From the NCBI RefSeq assembly GCF_009914755.1, contig NC_060925.1: 64,000 nucleotides of DNA. One strand, 5' to 3'. The notes under the pieces were generated by a model, which was given only the letters and a program-made list of their open reading frames with translations, had not been told where the DNA came from and searched no databases. Each line of letters opens with the position of its first letter. Position 1 is the stretch's first letter. The translations under genes were made by a program, and so were the position numbers. The DNA comes from the human T2T-CHM13v2.0 reference genome, Homo sapiens. Positions 37,560 through 52,343 of this stretch are shown here, piece by piece.

Positions 37560-38545
37560 TTGTGCATATACACGTATTATATGAGTTATGTTATAATATA
37601 GTAACATACATTATATTATATATTATAATAGAACATATATATAAAGGAAAACATATATATTATATTAAATATAATATATGTTATAATATATTTAATATAT
37701 ATGTTATGTATTATAATATATATTATAATTATATATAAATATATATAACATATATGTTATATATTTAATATAATATATTTAATATAATATATGTTATATA
37801 CTATATTATAACATATATGTTATATACTATATTATAACATATATGTTATATACTATATTATAACATATATGTTATATACTATATTATAACATATATGTTA
37901 TATACTCATTATAACATATGTTATATACTCATTATAACATATATGTTATATACTCATTATAACATATATGTTATATACGTTACTCATTATAACATATATG
38001 TTATATACGTTACTCATTATAACATATATGTTATATACGTTACTCTATGTAACATATATGTTATATACGTTGCTCTATGTAACATATATGTTATATACGT
38101 TGCTCTATGTAACATATATGTTATATACGTTGCTCTATGTAACATATATGTTATATACGTTGCTCTATGTAACATATATGTTATATACGTTGCTCTATGT
38201 AACATATATGTTATATACGTTGCTCTATGTAACATATATGTTATATACGTTGCTCTATGTAACATATATGTTATATACGTTGCTCTATGTAACATATATG
38301 TTATATACGTTGCTCTATGTAACACATGGTATGTGTTATAACATATCGTATAACATATAATATACTATATATTATATATTATATATTTTATATTGTCATA
38401 TATGATAATAACATATATTATATAATATGTTATATTATATATTATGTTATATTCATGTTAATTCACATCATGAATATTATATATTATAATATATTTATAT
38501 ATGTTATAGTATATATTATATATTATAACATCTATATTAATTAAT
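37560..38545. repeat. AT-rich tract with a 23-30-bp minisatellite core (about 37800-38325)
   Basis: Eight exact copies of TGCTCTATGTAACATATATGTTATATACGT (38071-38310), preceded by variant units, within TA-rich flanks. Confidence 0.95.
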
Positions 38546-39329
38546 TCATTCTTTCTACTTAAATAAATTTATCCTCATCCTAAAAAACCTTATTTGTCAA
38601 ATCATAGTTTGGATTCCCTAGAGATGTTTTTCTCCTAAAGCATATTAGATAACCATGAAAATAGCAAATTCTGGTTGGTGAACCATCTATAATGGTGTCC
38701 TTGAAGAGTGATTCGAAGGGTTATTCGTATGAAGGTTCCCTGAGTCCATCTCTTCTCAGGCCTCTGAGATGTCACAGCCCAGTCCCTTCTGAGCCACCCC
38801 CAGCTACAAGAACACTGAAAGCTACTCCGTGTCATGAAGGTTGATGGGCTCTGCTCTGCTCAGCCTTTATGGGTACCCAGAGGAGACACTGAGTCCAGCT
38901 TGGCTTGGCTCAGGAGGCAGGACTGATGATAACAACCCCATATATTGGCACAGCACTTTACAGTTTGCAGAGCCCATTGTCACATCCTAGGCTTGCCACG
39001 ACCAGCCTAAGACCACGTGACCGAAAAGAATGGAGCTGACATTGATGGACAACGTCTCAGAATGTTATCGCTGGAAGGGCCTAGTGGTTATTTGGTCTTG
39101 TGCTTTCTGAAGCTGGTCTATGGGGTGCTTTGGGGCAGCTGCTGATGGGCACCGACCCACAGGGTGAGAGTGGAGTGCCCTTTTCCATTCTTGCTTATGT
39201 CTTTGATTAGCATCAGGGCAGAAGTTCCAGCTGGAGAGTCCTTGTACTCTTGGACTTGCTAACCTCCCACCTAAACAGAGCCTCCCAGGCAGGGCCTTCA
39301 ATGGATGATGGTGTCTAGCTGGGGGCTCA

Positions 39330-39870
39330 TAATGGCTGTGGTCAGCACCCCCTCCTCACTGCTGCTGGTGTACACAGCATGTATAATTCCTGTCCCTTGA
39401 GTGTGGGCAGAACCCATGAACCTCACTTTGAGTCAGTCACAAGGGAGTTTATTCTGGCTGGCCTGACCTCATCAGAGGAAAATTTTAAAGGTGAAATGTC
39501 AGGAGGTGTGCTCTGCCAGCCTGGGAGACAACCAACAGCCTTGTTATGAACAGCCCACGAGGGGGCCACGTGGCAGGGAACTTTGAGTGGCTTTTAAGAG
39601 CTGGGGATGGTCCCTGGCTGACAGCTAGCAGGGAAATAGAGACACAGTCCTACAGCTATGACGAACTGAATTCTGTCACCAGTGAGCTTGGAAGAGGACT
39701 CCGAGAGCAGGTGAGATTATAGCTCCATTGACACCTTAATTTCAGCCTAGTGTGACCCTTAGCAGAGGGCCCAGCTGACTCATGCCTGGACTCCAGCCCT
39801 ATGGGAACTGTGGGAGAGTACATTTGTGTTGATGTAAGCTGATAAATTCATACACAGCAGTAGGAAAGTA
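39330..39870 (+). mobile_element. MLT1-type LTR
   Basis: GGCCACGTGGCAGGGAAC, GAGCTTGGAAGAGGAC and GACACCTTAATTTCAGCC motifs. Confidence 0.6.
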
Positions 39871-39888
39871 ATAGTGCTTTTTGCTTTT

Positions 39889-40185
<297 letters not shown>

Positions 40186-40209
40186 TAGTTAATCCAATTT
40201 TAAAAATCA

Positions 40210-40715
40210 GTGTGGTATATCCAAACATGGGCCAAATTTTTTGACACTCATCAAGAGGTGGGCTTTATGCCTCCTCCCATGAATCTGGGCAGGCTTGTGT
40301 CTGCTTCCACCAAGAGTGTCATGAAAGTGACATGATGTGGCTTCCGTGGTCAGCTTATAAAAGGCTGTGCAGCTTCTGGCTGGGTGTCTTGGGACACTCC
40401 TGCTTGAGAAGCCAGCTTCCACATAAGACACCTGAGTAGGCCCAAGACCACCATGCTGAGAGGCCACGGGTGGGTGCTCCAGCCACCAGCCAGCATCAAC
40501 TGCCAGCAGTGTGACAAGTCAACTTGAACATCCAGCTCAGCCAGGCCTTCAGATGAATGCAGCCCTGGCCAGCCTCTGATGACAACTGTAGGTGACCCCA
40601 AGCAAGAGAGACCCTGCTTTGCCTTTCTTGAATTCCTGACCGCGACATCACGAGCAAAATAAAATGTTGTTTTAAGCCGTTATGTTTTAGAGTCACGTGT
40701 CTTGCAATAGCAACT
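40210..40715 (+). mobile_element. MLT1 (F/G/H-like) LTR
   Basis: CCAGCATCAACTGCCAG, CCTTCAGATGAATGCAGCCC and AAATGTTGTTTTAAGCC. Confidence 0.7.
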
Positions 40716-41610
40716 GGATTAATGAGTGACACATTCATGTGGTTCAAAAACAAAAAAGTATAAGACTATCTGGGATCAGCCGTGGATGAGGACTGCCCAG
40801 AGGTTGTGGCTTTGATGAGATGCCACAGCCTCCCCGTCCCTCCTCTCCAACTGTAGCCTCACCAGCAACAAACATTTGCTGAGCACCTACTGGATACTTT
40901 GCATCATGGGCAATTTCGGCATTCCTAAAAGAGGCATCAAGGAGGCAAGTAGGGGAGGTCCCTGCCTAATTAGAGGAGAGGACACAGATGAAGCTAACGC
41001 ATCCCAGCCAGGGTACACTGCAGGTGCTCAATCAATGTTTCTTGCAATGAACTGAGCCCCTCAGCAACCGTGCTGAGCACTCCTTCATTCATTCCCAAAC
41101 ACTGATGGAGTGCTGTGTTAGGCACTGTGTGGCCTGGGAATTGGAGAGGCGGTTCCTGCCATGGCAGCACTTGCATCCCAGTGTGGCATCAGTGCTGAGG
41201 GATGCAGGTAGGAGGCAGCAGCCTCGGGGGCTCAGCAGTCAGCAGAGGCATGCTGTCAGTGGAGCATTTATGGACCTTATAATTATTTAATAGCTAACAT
41301 CTTAAAGTTACGCACTTAATATATACCAGGCACCATTCTCAGCATTTTAGAGCATTTAAATCTCCTCAAAGCCAAGGGATGATATTACTGTTATCTCTTC
41401 AGACAGGGAATTGAGGCTCAGAGAGGTGCAGTCAGTGGCAGACAGGAGGCAGAGGCACAGCTGGGACCCAGGCCTTTCCAAGCCCAGAGACCCACCTTTA
41501 GCCACCACCCTCTACTGCTTCCCCAAGGAACAAGATTGAGCCGACTGAAAGGACACTCCCGGTGAGGGAGGCTGTAGGAGCAAAGGCTTGGAGGCTGGAA
41601 TTTGCGTCCC

Positions 41611-41690
41611 AGAGCATGGAGTTGGGAAGGAGGAGGAGCGGAAAGTGGAAAGAGCATGGAGTTCGGGAGAAGGAGGAGCGGGAAGTGGAA
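41611..41690. repeat. 2 x 40-bp tandem duplication
   Basis: AGAGCATGGAGTT...GGAGGAGCGGRAAGTGGAA occurs twice. Confidence 0.85.
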
Positions 41691-43261
41691 CAGGGCTGGA
41701 AGGTTCAGTCAGGACACCTGCAAGTGGCTGAGATGCCTTTGGAGATGCCCAGATTGTCAGAGTCGGGTTCCCCTCTCTCTGTCTCTATTTGTTTGTCTCT
41801 GTTTCTCTGGAATGGAGCCTCCCTTTCTTTGCAGAACCTTTTTTTTTATTTTTACAATGTAACTTACTCTAAATAAATAAATATATTAACAAAGTAAATG
41901 TCTTCAATGAGAGCTGGCCCCCTCAAAGGCATTTCCGTTTGCAAAATAGGTGGAGAACCCAGAGCTGTCTTCTGATCTTCCCTTCAGGCATTGCTCTGGC
42001 CCAGGAAGGTCCCTGTGACTGCTGAGGTTTAGGAGAAACAGCCTCCAAGGCAGCCTGAGACACTCAGCCCAGGAAGAGGGGGCTCAAGCACTAGGGCCAA
42101 GAGGCCAGGCCCTCAGAGCACGGCAGGGCAGGCCCCTTCACCCCCAGGAGACAGTCCCAGCCTGCCGCTCTCCTGGGAGGCATGGATGAGCCTTGTCTGT
42201 TAGTGCAGGAGGGATCCTTTGATCTCTTGTGCAGGTGAGCCCAGGGAGGGCAAGGGACTTGTCCGAGGCCATGCAGTCACAGCGTGTGACTTAGACGCCC
42301 CCAATCCAGGGCGCTTTCCCCAGCACTGGGTTCACTTGCCTAGAGATGAAGGATTAGTCAGAGCTCTGAGGTGTCCTTGTATCCCCCCTCTACCCCACTG
42401 GAAGGATTGACATGTAAGTTCATAAATGCTGGGAGCCAACGGGTTGCAGAGATGACAGTGGCAGGGTTTCAGTCATGGCTTTCCTTCCAGGCTTACTGTC
42501 TTCATTCTTGGCTTCCACGGCCAGGCAGTGGCCAGATCATGCTAGGAGGGGGATGGGAGAGAAGGAGAGAGGGTGAGAAGGGAGGTTTAGCTGGCCCTGG
42601 GAAGCCGTGAAAGAGCCGATGTGAATGAAAGTCAGACTTTCAGAGGAGAAGCTGGGGCTCCGGGAGGAGCACTAGCCAGGGAGTCAGAGACCCAGGGTCC
42701 AGCGTGAGGAGCTCCCTGCCTTCTGTGTGCTTCGACATTCATTTCATTGATGCAGTGAATACCGGCTAAGGAACTACATGCCTGGCCCTGTGCCAGGAAA
42801 GGGAGAGGGAAAAATCAAGCCGACTTGGTCAGTTACAGAAGCTCACTGTTCAGCGGGCGAGAGAACACGTGGGGATCTTGTTGAGATATAAAGTTTGATC
42901 ACGACTGCAAGGGAAAATAGAGAGGGAGGGCTGCGGGGCTTTAGGGTGGGGGTGCTGGGAGAGGAAGCCCATCAGGTGAGATGTGGGAAGGGCATTTCAG
43001 GCACAGACACTGCAGGAGCAAAGGTGGGGAAGAAGGGGTGGGCATATGGCCCTGCTCAGCTGGAACCCCGTCCTAGGGAAGGAGGAAACAAACATTTGGA
43101 ACGTGTGCATGGTACCAGATCAGAGTGGGTCTTGAATGACCAGCTAAAGATTTTGGACTTCATTCTGCAGGTGGCAGGAGCCACTGAAGGTTTTTGAGTG
43201 CAGACATGCCAATAAATGTGTGAAGCAGGAAGAGGCACATTTTGAAAGTTTAATGCCCCTT

Positions 43262-43853
<592 letters not shown>

Positions 43854-45779
43854 CATTACTTCCCAGTCTGCACCCATAACAGGCATCGCTAGTTGATCCT
43901 TGCACTTTCTCTCCCATCAAGCTCCAATTCAGCTCTAGAGTGTCCCAGCCAGTCTCTACCAATCACACGGAATTGGCCTGAAGGGTGTTAGTAAATGGCT
44001 CTCTCTTAACTAGATGATGATGGCAGTGGTGCTAATCGTAATGAAGCCTGCAGCACTCTTCACTTTTCATGCTGCCTTCTGTCTGACTCACCACTCAGGA
44101 CACCCATTACTGGCTACTGTCTTCCAAGGAGGAAAACGGAGGCACAGAGAGGTTGCCAGGCTTACCCAAGGTCACTCAGCTTTCTGCAAAAGTTTCTCCT
44201 AAGTTTAAACCCCAGCACCAAGGGCCTGACCCCACTTTTCAGTTAAACTCCAAATGTCTGCCCAGCCCTGATGAAGGCAGCTGATGTTGGGGCATGCTCT
44301 TCAGCCTTGCCACTGTCCCCAGAGCTGCTGGGCTGTCTCCTGGCCCCAGCCACAGCCCTGGTGGTCCCAGATGCAGAGCACAAGGAGCTGCTGGAATTGT
44401 TGGCACAGGACAGACGCCCAGTTAGTTAGAAAAACATGTGGCTTACTCTTCCCTCTCCTGCCCCCTCCAGCCACCACCACCTTCTAATTCAATTTCCCTT
44501 GAAAAACAATGGTTTCAATGAAGGGGGAAACAAGATTTTCGGAAACTTCATAAAGTTTTGCAAAATAATTACCCCCCAAACTGGCAGACTTCCTCCCCCT
44601 TTCTCCTCAAATGAACGTCTCTGGGACATTTCCATAAGCTTTATATCCCAGCTGGATGTGCCCCTGGGCTCGCCCTGAGGCTACCTACCCCAGATCAGAC
44701 TCTGGGCATCTGCTGGGCATGGGGTCCCCTGGGGCCATTACCCTCTCTCCCGGTTGCCCACCTCCTCCTCTGATGAGGATTGGCCAAGAGGAGAGGACAG
44801 AGGAGGGAATGTTCCCTGAGCTGGCCATTGCAGTGCCCCGAGCTGCTCCACAGATGGGAGCTGGGAACCAGGGCGGGGAAGGAAGCCGTCTGATGGCTCA
44901 GCAGAGTGCAGTGGAGGACAGGGCCAGGTCTGCACCCTGGACCGCCGGCTCTTCTTTCCAGCTGCCTTGCCTGGAAGCTTCGGGTCAGCCTTGGGCCTGA
45001 AGCCTCGGGAGGCCTCTGGGAAATGCGTCTCTTGGTTGGTCACACTCCCAACCCTGGCTGTTGCCAGCCTGCATGGGCAAAGTGGGATCCTCCTTCCTTC
45101 CTCACTTCCCTGGGAGCCCAGGGTGGCCCAGATGCTATGTCTGGCTCTGCTGGTCTGCAGACCACCCCTCAATCAGACACACCAGCAGGCAGCCAGGCAT
45201 GTCCTGACGGGCAGCCAGGGTCAAACCACCAGGAACAGAAGCTTCTCTTTGCCATGCTCTGCCCTCTCCTGATGCCCTCACCTGGGTACTTGGTGATTCC
45301 CGTGACCCTCAGCAGTGGGCAGCCTCCTGGGTCCTCCTCTCCCCACTGGCTTTCAGGGAGTCTCCCATGTGCTGCCTGAGGTGTCCCCCTTTGAATGCTC
45401 CCTCCAAGACAGTCTCCTCTGCCACTCCCCAGAAAGGCTACTGCTCAACCCACCCTCCCTACAACCTCGACACCCCTCTGCCCCAGCTCCCATCCCAAAT
45501 CTCACATTTTTTCTACTGCCAGAGGTGAAGTTTGATGAACTCATTCATACTAAGGTGTGAATGATTGACCGTCTGCACTCTCCCAGAGACAGACTTTGTT
45601 GTGGGCTGAGATTCTGGGGTGGGAAAGCTACTCAGAAGACACAACCAGGTGCTACAATGAGAGACTCCAAAGCAGAGCCATCTGTCCCAGGCCCTACACT
45701 GTGTAGCAGCTGCAAGCAGGTGAATAGGAAGGAGCCTGGGCAGTGATACAGCTGAAGGCAATCCCTGCTTGCTACCGGC

Positions 45780-46340
45780 ACCAACTCCAGCCTCTGGCTT
45801 GAGGCACCCTGAAGGTGCCCAGTGCAGGAACCAGTCTCCAAAACTGACAAGGCCCTTAACCACCTCCCTTAGGAAGTCCCCACCCACACTGGGCAGGGCT
45901 GACTTCTGTAGGCAATAGGCTACTGCAGAAATGAATGAGTGTGACTTCTGAGGCTAGGTCATTAAAGGCATACTACTTTTCTGCTTTACTTCTCTCTGGG
46001 ATCGATCACTTGCTCTGAGAGAAGCTGGCTGCCATGCTGTGAGGACATTCAAGCAACCCATGGAGAGGCCCACATGGCAAGGCCAGCCAACAGTTTGCAC
46101 CACCTTGCCAGCTGTGTGAGTGCACCACCTTGGGTGCAGGTCTGCCAGCCCCAGTCAAGACTTCAGATGAGTGTAGTCCAAGCTGACACATGATCGCAGC
46201 CTCCTGAGAGACCCTGAGCAAGAAATGCCCAGCTGAGCTGCTCTCGAATTCCTGGCCTGCAGAAATTGCAACATAATAAATGTTTATTGTTTTAAGCCAG
46301 CAGGTTTTGGGGTAATCTTTTACACAGCAAAAGATAACAT
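45780..46340 (+). mobile_element. MLT1 (F-like) LTR
   Basis: GTGACTTCTGAGGCTAGGTCAT, GAGAGGCCCACATGG and ATAAATGTTTATTGTTTAAGCCA. Confidence 0.7.
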
Positions 46341-46509
46341 GCCAGCCAGCCCCTCCACCACCAGAACTCTCCTGCAGCCTCTCACTGCAGCCATTTGCTC
46401 CAGCTTTGTTAAGAAAAATTACCCAAAACTTGGAAATAGGCAAAGACAGGGCAGCAGGTCTTTTCAATGTCATATTGGGGTGTTGTTTAGCAGGCCCACT
46501 AAGGGTATC

Positions 46510-46855
46510 TGCTATGGTCTGAATGTTTGTGTCTTTGCAAAATTCATATGTTGAAATTTAATCACCAATGGGATGGGGTTAGGAGGAAGGGCCTTTAGGA
46601 GGTCATTGAATCATGAGTGTGGAGTCCTCATGAATAGAATTAGTGTCTTTATAAAAGAGGCCCCAGAAAGCTGCCTTGCCCCTTCCACCAAGTGAAGACA
46701 CAGCGGGAAGGCACCATCTATGAGAACACGGGCCCTCACCAGACGCCTTGATCTTGGATTTCCCAGCCTCCAGAACCGTGAGAAATAAATATCTGTGGTT
46801 TATGCATTACCCAGTTTATGGTATTTTGTTATAGCTCCCCAAACAGACTAAGATA
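46510..46855 (+). mobile_element. MST/MLT1A-type MaLR solo LTR
   Basis: TGCTATGGTCTGAATGTTTGTGTC...TATTTTGTTATAGC...GACTAAGA. Confidence 0.8.
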
Positions 46856-49800
46856 GTATTTAATTATCTAGAGGAAGGTACCTTTGACTTAGTATGAGCC
46901 ATTAGAAGACCAGACTTTAGAAGTTATATGTTAATATATAGATTTCTGTCCAGTAGAAAATGCCCCAAAAGTTACGGACTTCTGGCCCATCAGGACATTA
47001 ACCAGTTTTGTATCTCACTGAGCCATTGTATTCCAGTATTCTTTTCCCAGTATTCTGTAGTGCTATTCCTCTACTTCTCCTTTGAATCAGCTTTATCTTC
47101 TTACTGGTTCCCTCATTCAGGAGTTAAACAAATTTTGACATGTGTTCAACCTATATTTGAATGAGAGTTATGCTTTTACTCTATTTTTTTTGAAATTATA
47201 CTTTGACAGCTTACGTGTGCCCCGGAAATAGGGAACTCACTACCTATCAAGGAACTTGGGGATCTTAGAACAGCTCCTAAAACAGGCTTAGGGCTTCTTC
47301 CTTATTCTCATAGCTGCACCCTCTGTCCCTGGTTCTCCCTTTGAGAAAACCTCAGGAAGTGAGCCGAACCCCTAATTCCCACAGCAGCTCATCAAATTTG
47401 GTAATTTCCTATCGCTTTGCACTCTAGACTACATATTTTGTGTTCAGAAAAAGAAGTCATTAAATAAATAATAAAAATTGAGATCTAAATTTTACTTCCA
47501 TGAGTTGAAGAAGAATGGATCCGAGAAAAGAGCCATTTATTGATGCTGCTGTGTACAGGCCTGTGCAGTTCGAAGAACTGGAGATTGGCAGGGGTCCACT
47601 CTGACCCTCCACCCATTCCCTTCTCCCCATGCTCTAGGGGGATCTCGGATGAAATCTTTAGCCCCCGTCCCTAATCCCCTTCATGGCCTCTGGCTCTTGG
47701 AATAAAGGTCAGATCCCTGCTACAATGTCCTCTGTGGCCTGGCCCTGCCCCCCTCCTTCTTGTCTCACACCGAGCTCCCCGTCAGCATCTTCATTCCATT
47801 GGCACTCTCACTCCCTCAGGTTCACGAGGATCCCTTGCACTGCCTGACCTTTGCTTACGCCGTTCTAGCTCCCCATGGCAGTGCACCCTTCATCTGTAGG
47901 AGCACTTCCCCTCGCCTTGATCATTCTCTGTCCCCAGGGAGGTTCTCCAAGCGCCTATTCTCCATCACTCCCGCCCCCCACTCCCACACTCATTAGGTGG
48001 TAATTTGACCTTTGCTTGTGGGATGATTTGATAGTGCTGGCTTCCCTTGCTGGGTTGCAGGTCACAGAGGGACAGGGACTGCTTCTGCCTTGTCCTACCT
48101 TTTGTCTCCAGGATTCGCAGTAGGCGCAAGTGAGAAGTGGACACTCAGAGCCCTGGAGTCCAGGGCCTGGCACCAAGGAAGCAGCAGGGGGAGTTTGCTG
48201 AGCAAACAAATAAAGATTTCATCACAAGTTGGGGCAGAACAGGAGGCTGATACCTACGTCCTGGGCTCCAGGGCTGGCGCTCCTCCCACAGCCCTGTGCA
48301 TGGAGCGCCCAGTGAGGGCCAGATTGTTTCCTGTCACTCTGAATGGAAATGACATGGCCTCTGTGCACCCCCATGAGCTGTGTCTCAGATTATGTGAAGT
48401 ACAATAAAAATGCCCTGTTTTTTTCTCTAAAGAGAGCAACTTACTAGCCACAAGAGACGTCTTGACACCCACTCACACCCAGCTCAGAGAGTTTTCTTTA
48501 TTTAAAAAATATATATCACAACATAGGTAAAAACAGAGAATGTGTTGAAGTGTGGTGATTACAAAGTGGAAGCCTCCTGCCATTCCACTCCCAAAGTAAC
48601 CACTGCTGACCATCCCGCATATACTATCTTCCCATGAAAGATTTTTCCCATGAAAAATTCCCCACGTGAATTTCCACAGTCCACTCTTTCCTGGGGCCTG
48701 CTCTGGGCCGGGCTACTTGATATATTAAGCATCAAAGTACCCCTAAGGGAGGTACTTGATTTTTATCCCCATTTCATGGATGGGGAAACTGGAATACACA
48801 GAGAGGTTGAGTCGGTTGCCCAAGGTCCTACAGCCGGTAAGTGGCAGAGCTGGGATTTGAACCCGGGCAGCAGGTTCAAGAGTCTAGATGTCAGATCCTC
48901 TTGGTTTCATGCAGGTATCTACACTTGAGGTGGATGGCACAGCTGTTCAAGGGTGGGGGTCTGGACTTTGACGGTGACTCTGCTCCTTCCTAGCTTTGTG
49001 ACCTTGGGCAATTGACTAGACCTCTCTGTTCCTTGGCGTCTTCATCTGTAAAATGGGGATGTGGTAGTCCTGCTTTCTGGATAGTTGTGTTAGTGGGCAG
49101 GAAGTGCCTGGAACAGAGGTGGAGAGGCAGTAGATGCTCAGTCACCTGGAGTCATGTGTCAGGTGACACGTCACAGTCACCAGTGCTACCCACACCAGGC
49201 CTGAGGCGTTCTCTGGACCTGAAGACCCACACCTCCTGCTGTCCTGACACCAGCCTGGGTCCGGCACAAGTGGAGACACCTCACCTCCTCTTTACTGACA
49301 GCCCAGGGCCTGCACCCAGGCTTTCTGGATTCTGACAGGTGTCACCTCCCACTGCCACCTTCACAGCAGCTGCCTCACTCCAGGAACCCTGCCAGGACCT
49401 GTCTGCCCATCACAGTCCACCCAGGGCTTGGAGGGCTTAGAGCTTTGGTGTCTAATGTTCCCGAGCTCGAATCCAGGCCGTGGCTCTTGCTGCTGTGGCA
49501 CCTTGCACAGTTTCCTTCCCATTCTCAGGGGAGAGGGCAGAGCAGGTGCTCAGTGAAACAAACAGGCCTCAGTTTCTCATCTGTGAAATGGGGATGCTTG
49601 GTGCTGGTGTTGATAAGCCTCATAGGATGGAGAGGACAAACTGAGATAACATTGGCATGATGCCCATCTGGCAGCACGTGTCTACGAGATGTTGGCTGTG
49701 AGCACGATCTCGTTTTCTCCTCACCACAGTTTCCCGAGTTGGGACTTAACAGCCACGATTTACAGGTGAGGAAACTGAGGCTTACCGAAGGCAGTGAACG

Positions 49801-50696
49801 GTCCAAAGTCATATTTCTGACATTTGATGAACTCAGGAGGGCTGCTGGCTCTGAGGTAGCCACCCGCAGCCCCCATCCTCCCCTTACACCTCTCAGCTTC
49901 CGCCCCTCCCACTACGGCTTAGCACCCCCCTCCACAGGGACACTGGGCCAATTGGGAGGGCTTGGGGCGGGAGAGGCCACAGATGCCAAGAGGGAGAGAC
50001 CTAGAACTGACCAAAGGGACTCTAGGCTCCCCAAATCTTGGAGTGGCAGCAGCAGACATGCTCAGAGATCATGGCCCCAGAGCTCCTGTCCATCCAACCC
50101 TCTCCGCAGGTACCCAAGCCAGCCCACCCAGTTTCCGCTAGGCGGTGCCTCAGCCTCTGACCTGCAGCCCCCGCTGCACCACAGGTCAGCACTGCTCAGG
50201 CTGGTGGGAAAGCATCTAGTCCAGGAAAGTCCAGGGGTAAAGCCCACTGCAGCCTCCCCATTTTCCTAGGAGCAGGTGACCAGCTGAGGCCCTGTTCCCG
50301 GAACGGTCATCCCTACTATTTTGACACAGGCTTATCAAGTCCTACCTCTGCATGTGCCAGAACTTTACACAACCAGGACAATTAATCCTCCCAAAAATGC
50401 TGTGCAGGGAAGGCTATGATTAACCACGGACAGAGAAACTGAGGCACAGAGCAGTGACATGGCCTGCCCAGGCACACGCAGCAGCAAGTGGCGCACAGAC
50501 ACCAACCTCAGTCAGTCTGACACCTGCAGCCACACGCGTAACCCCCATACTCTGGCGAAACTTCAGCGCCAGAGGGGCCCTGACACAGAGTCTGGCCCAG
50601 GGACCCTCAACCCCAGCTGTTCAGTTGAATCACTGGGAAGAGTTTAAATGGTGTCCATCCCAGAATCAATTAAGTATATGTTTCAAAAGATCCCCA

Positions 50697-51030
50697 AGCT
50701 GGGCGTCGTGGCTCACACCTGTAATCCCAGCCCTTTGGGAGGCCGAGGCAGGCAGATCACTTGAGGCCAGGAATTCAAGACCGGCCTGGCCAACGTGGTG
50801 AAACTATGTCTCTATTAAAAATACAAAAATTAGCTGGGGATGGTCTCCTGTGCCTGTAATCCAGTCAGGAGGCTGAGTCAGGAGAATTGCTTGAACCCAG
50901 GAGGCGGAGGTTGCAGTGAGCCGAGATCACACCACTGCACTCCAGCCTGGGTGACAGAGCGAGACTCCATCTCAAAAATAAAACAAAAATAAAACTAATA
51001 AAATAAAATAAAAACAAAAATAAAAATAAA
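50697..51030 (+). mobile_element. AluS inserted in a MER5-like remnant
   Basis: TSD AAAAGATCCCC at 50685-50695 and 51028-51038. Confidence 0.92.
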
Positions 51031-51938
51031 AGATCCCCTGTGTAGCTGGGACTGAGAATCACTGATGGGACCAAGCCTCTCATTTTACAGGTGGGATGAC
51101 AAAGGCCCAGAGAAGGCAAGTGATGTGTTCTAGTCCGTGATACTAGACCTGGCTCTTGCAGTCCCTCTGACACTTTTCAAGGTCGGTGCTGAATGAATTA
51201 ATTGCATCTAGTCGGTCAACCTGCTGCCCACCTTCAGCCCTGGCCCCTGGTCGCCCCAGGCCACAGCTCCTGAGCCCCCAGCCTGATTTCTTCTCCACGT
51301 TAACTGGTGCCTCTGCATTCAGAGACACAGGGAAAATCCACCAGGGGGAATGGTGGCAGGTGTGGGATGGCTTTGCCTCTGTCTCTGTGGGTTTTTCTTC
51401 CTCTTACCTCTCATGAGATGGCCTAGGAGGTGAAGAGAACAGTGTTCCTGGTGGAATGAGGACAGGCTGCACTTCTGCAAAGACTCTGGGGTGAGGGGGC
51501 TGGCGCGGAGGCTGAGACATGCTAGGGCCCCCTAGCCTGGGCTGTGTGAATGAGGCCAGTGGCACAGCACGGGTGCACTTGGCTTGGTGCTCAGTGGCCA
51601 GGCTCAGACCTCACCACTTCCATTTGCGTGTTAGGTGAGTGCATCCCTAAGCGCCCACCCTGATGGTCACCTGACTCTGGGAGGATTAGATGAGAAGAAG
51701 CCTGAGGGGGCTTCCCACAGGCCCGTGTAAATGCTGGCTATAATCACCAGGCACTGTCCCTGGGGCAGCCGTGTGCTTGCAAGTCCCCTGTTCTGGACTG
51801 TTCCCACAGCACTGTACGACTGTGGCCAAGTCCCTTCCTCTCCCTAAGCCTCAATTTTCTTCTCTGTAAAATCAGGGGTGATGATTTCTAGGGTCCCTTC
51901 CTGCCCAGTTGTTTGCGGTTATTTTTTGTCTGTTTTTA

Positions 51939-52343
<405 letters not shown>

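Noticed and set aside
37895-38360. Repetitive ORFs (MLYTLLYVTY, MLHRATYITY) and a CRISPR-like appearance
   Set aside because: Head-to-tail 30-bp minisatellite with no unique spacers, in human DNA.
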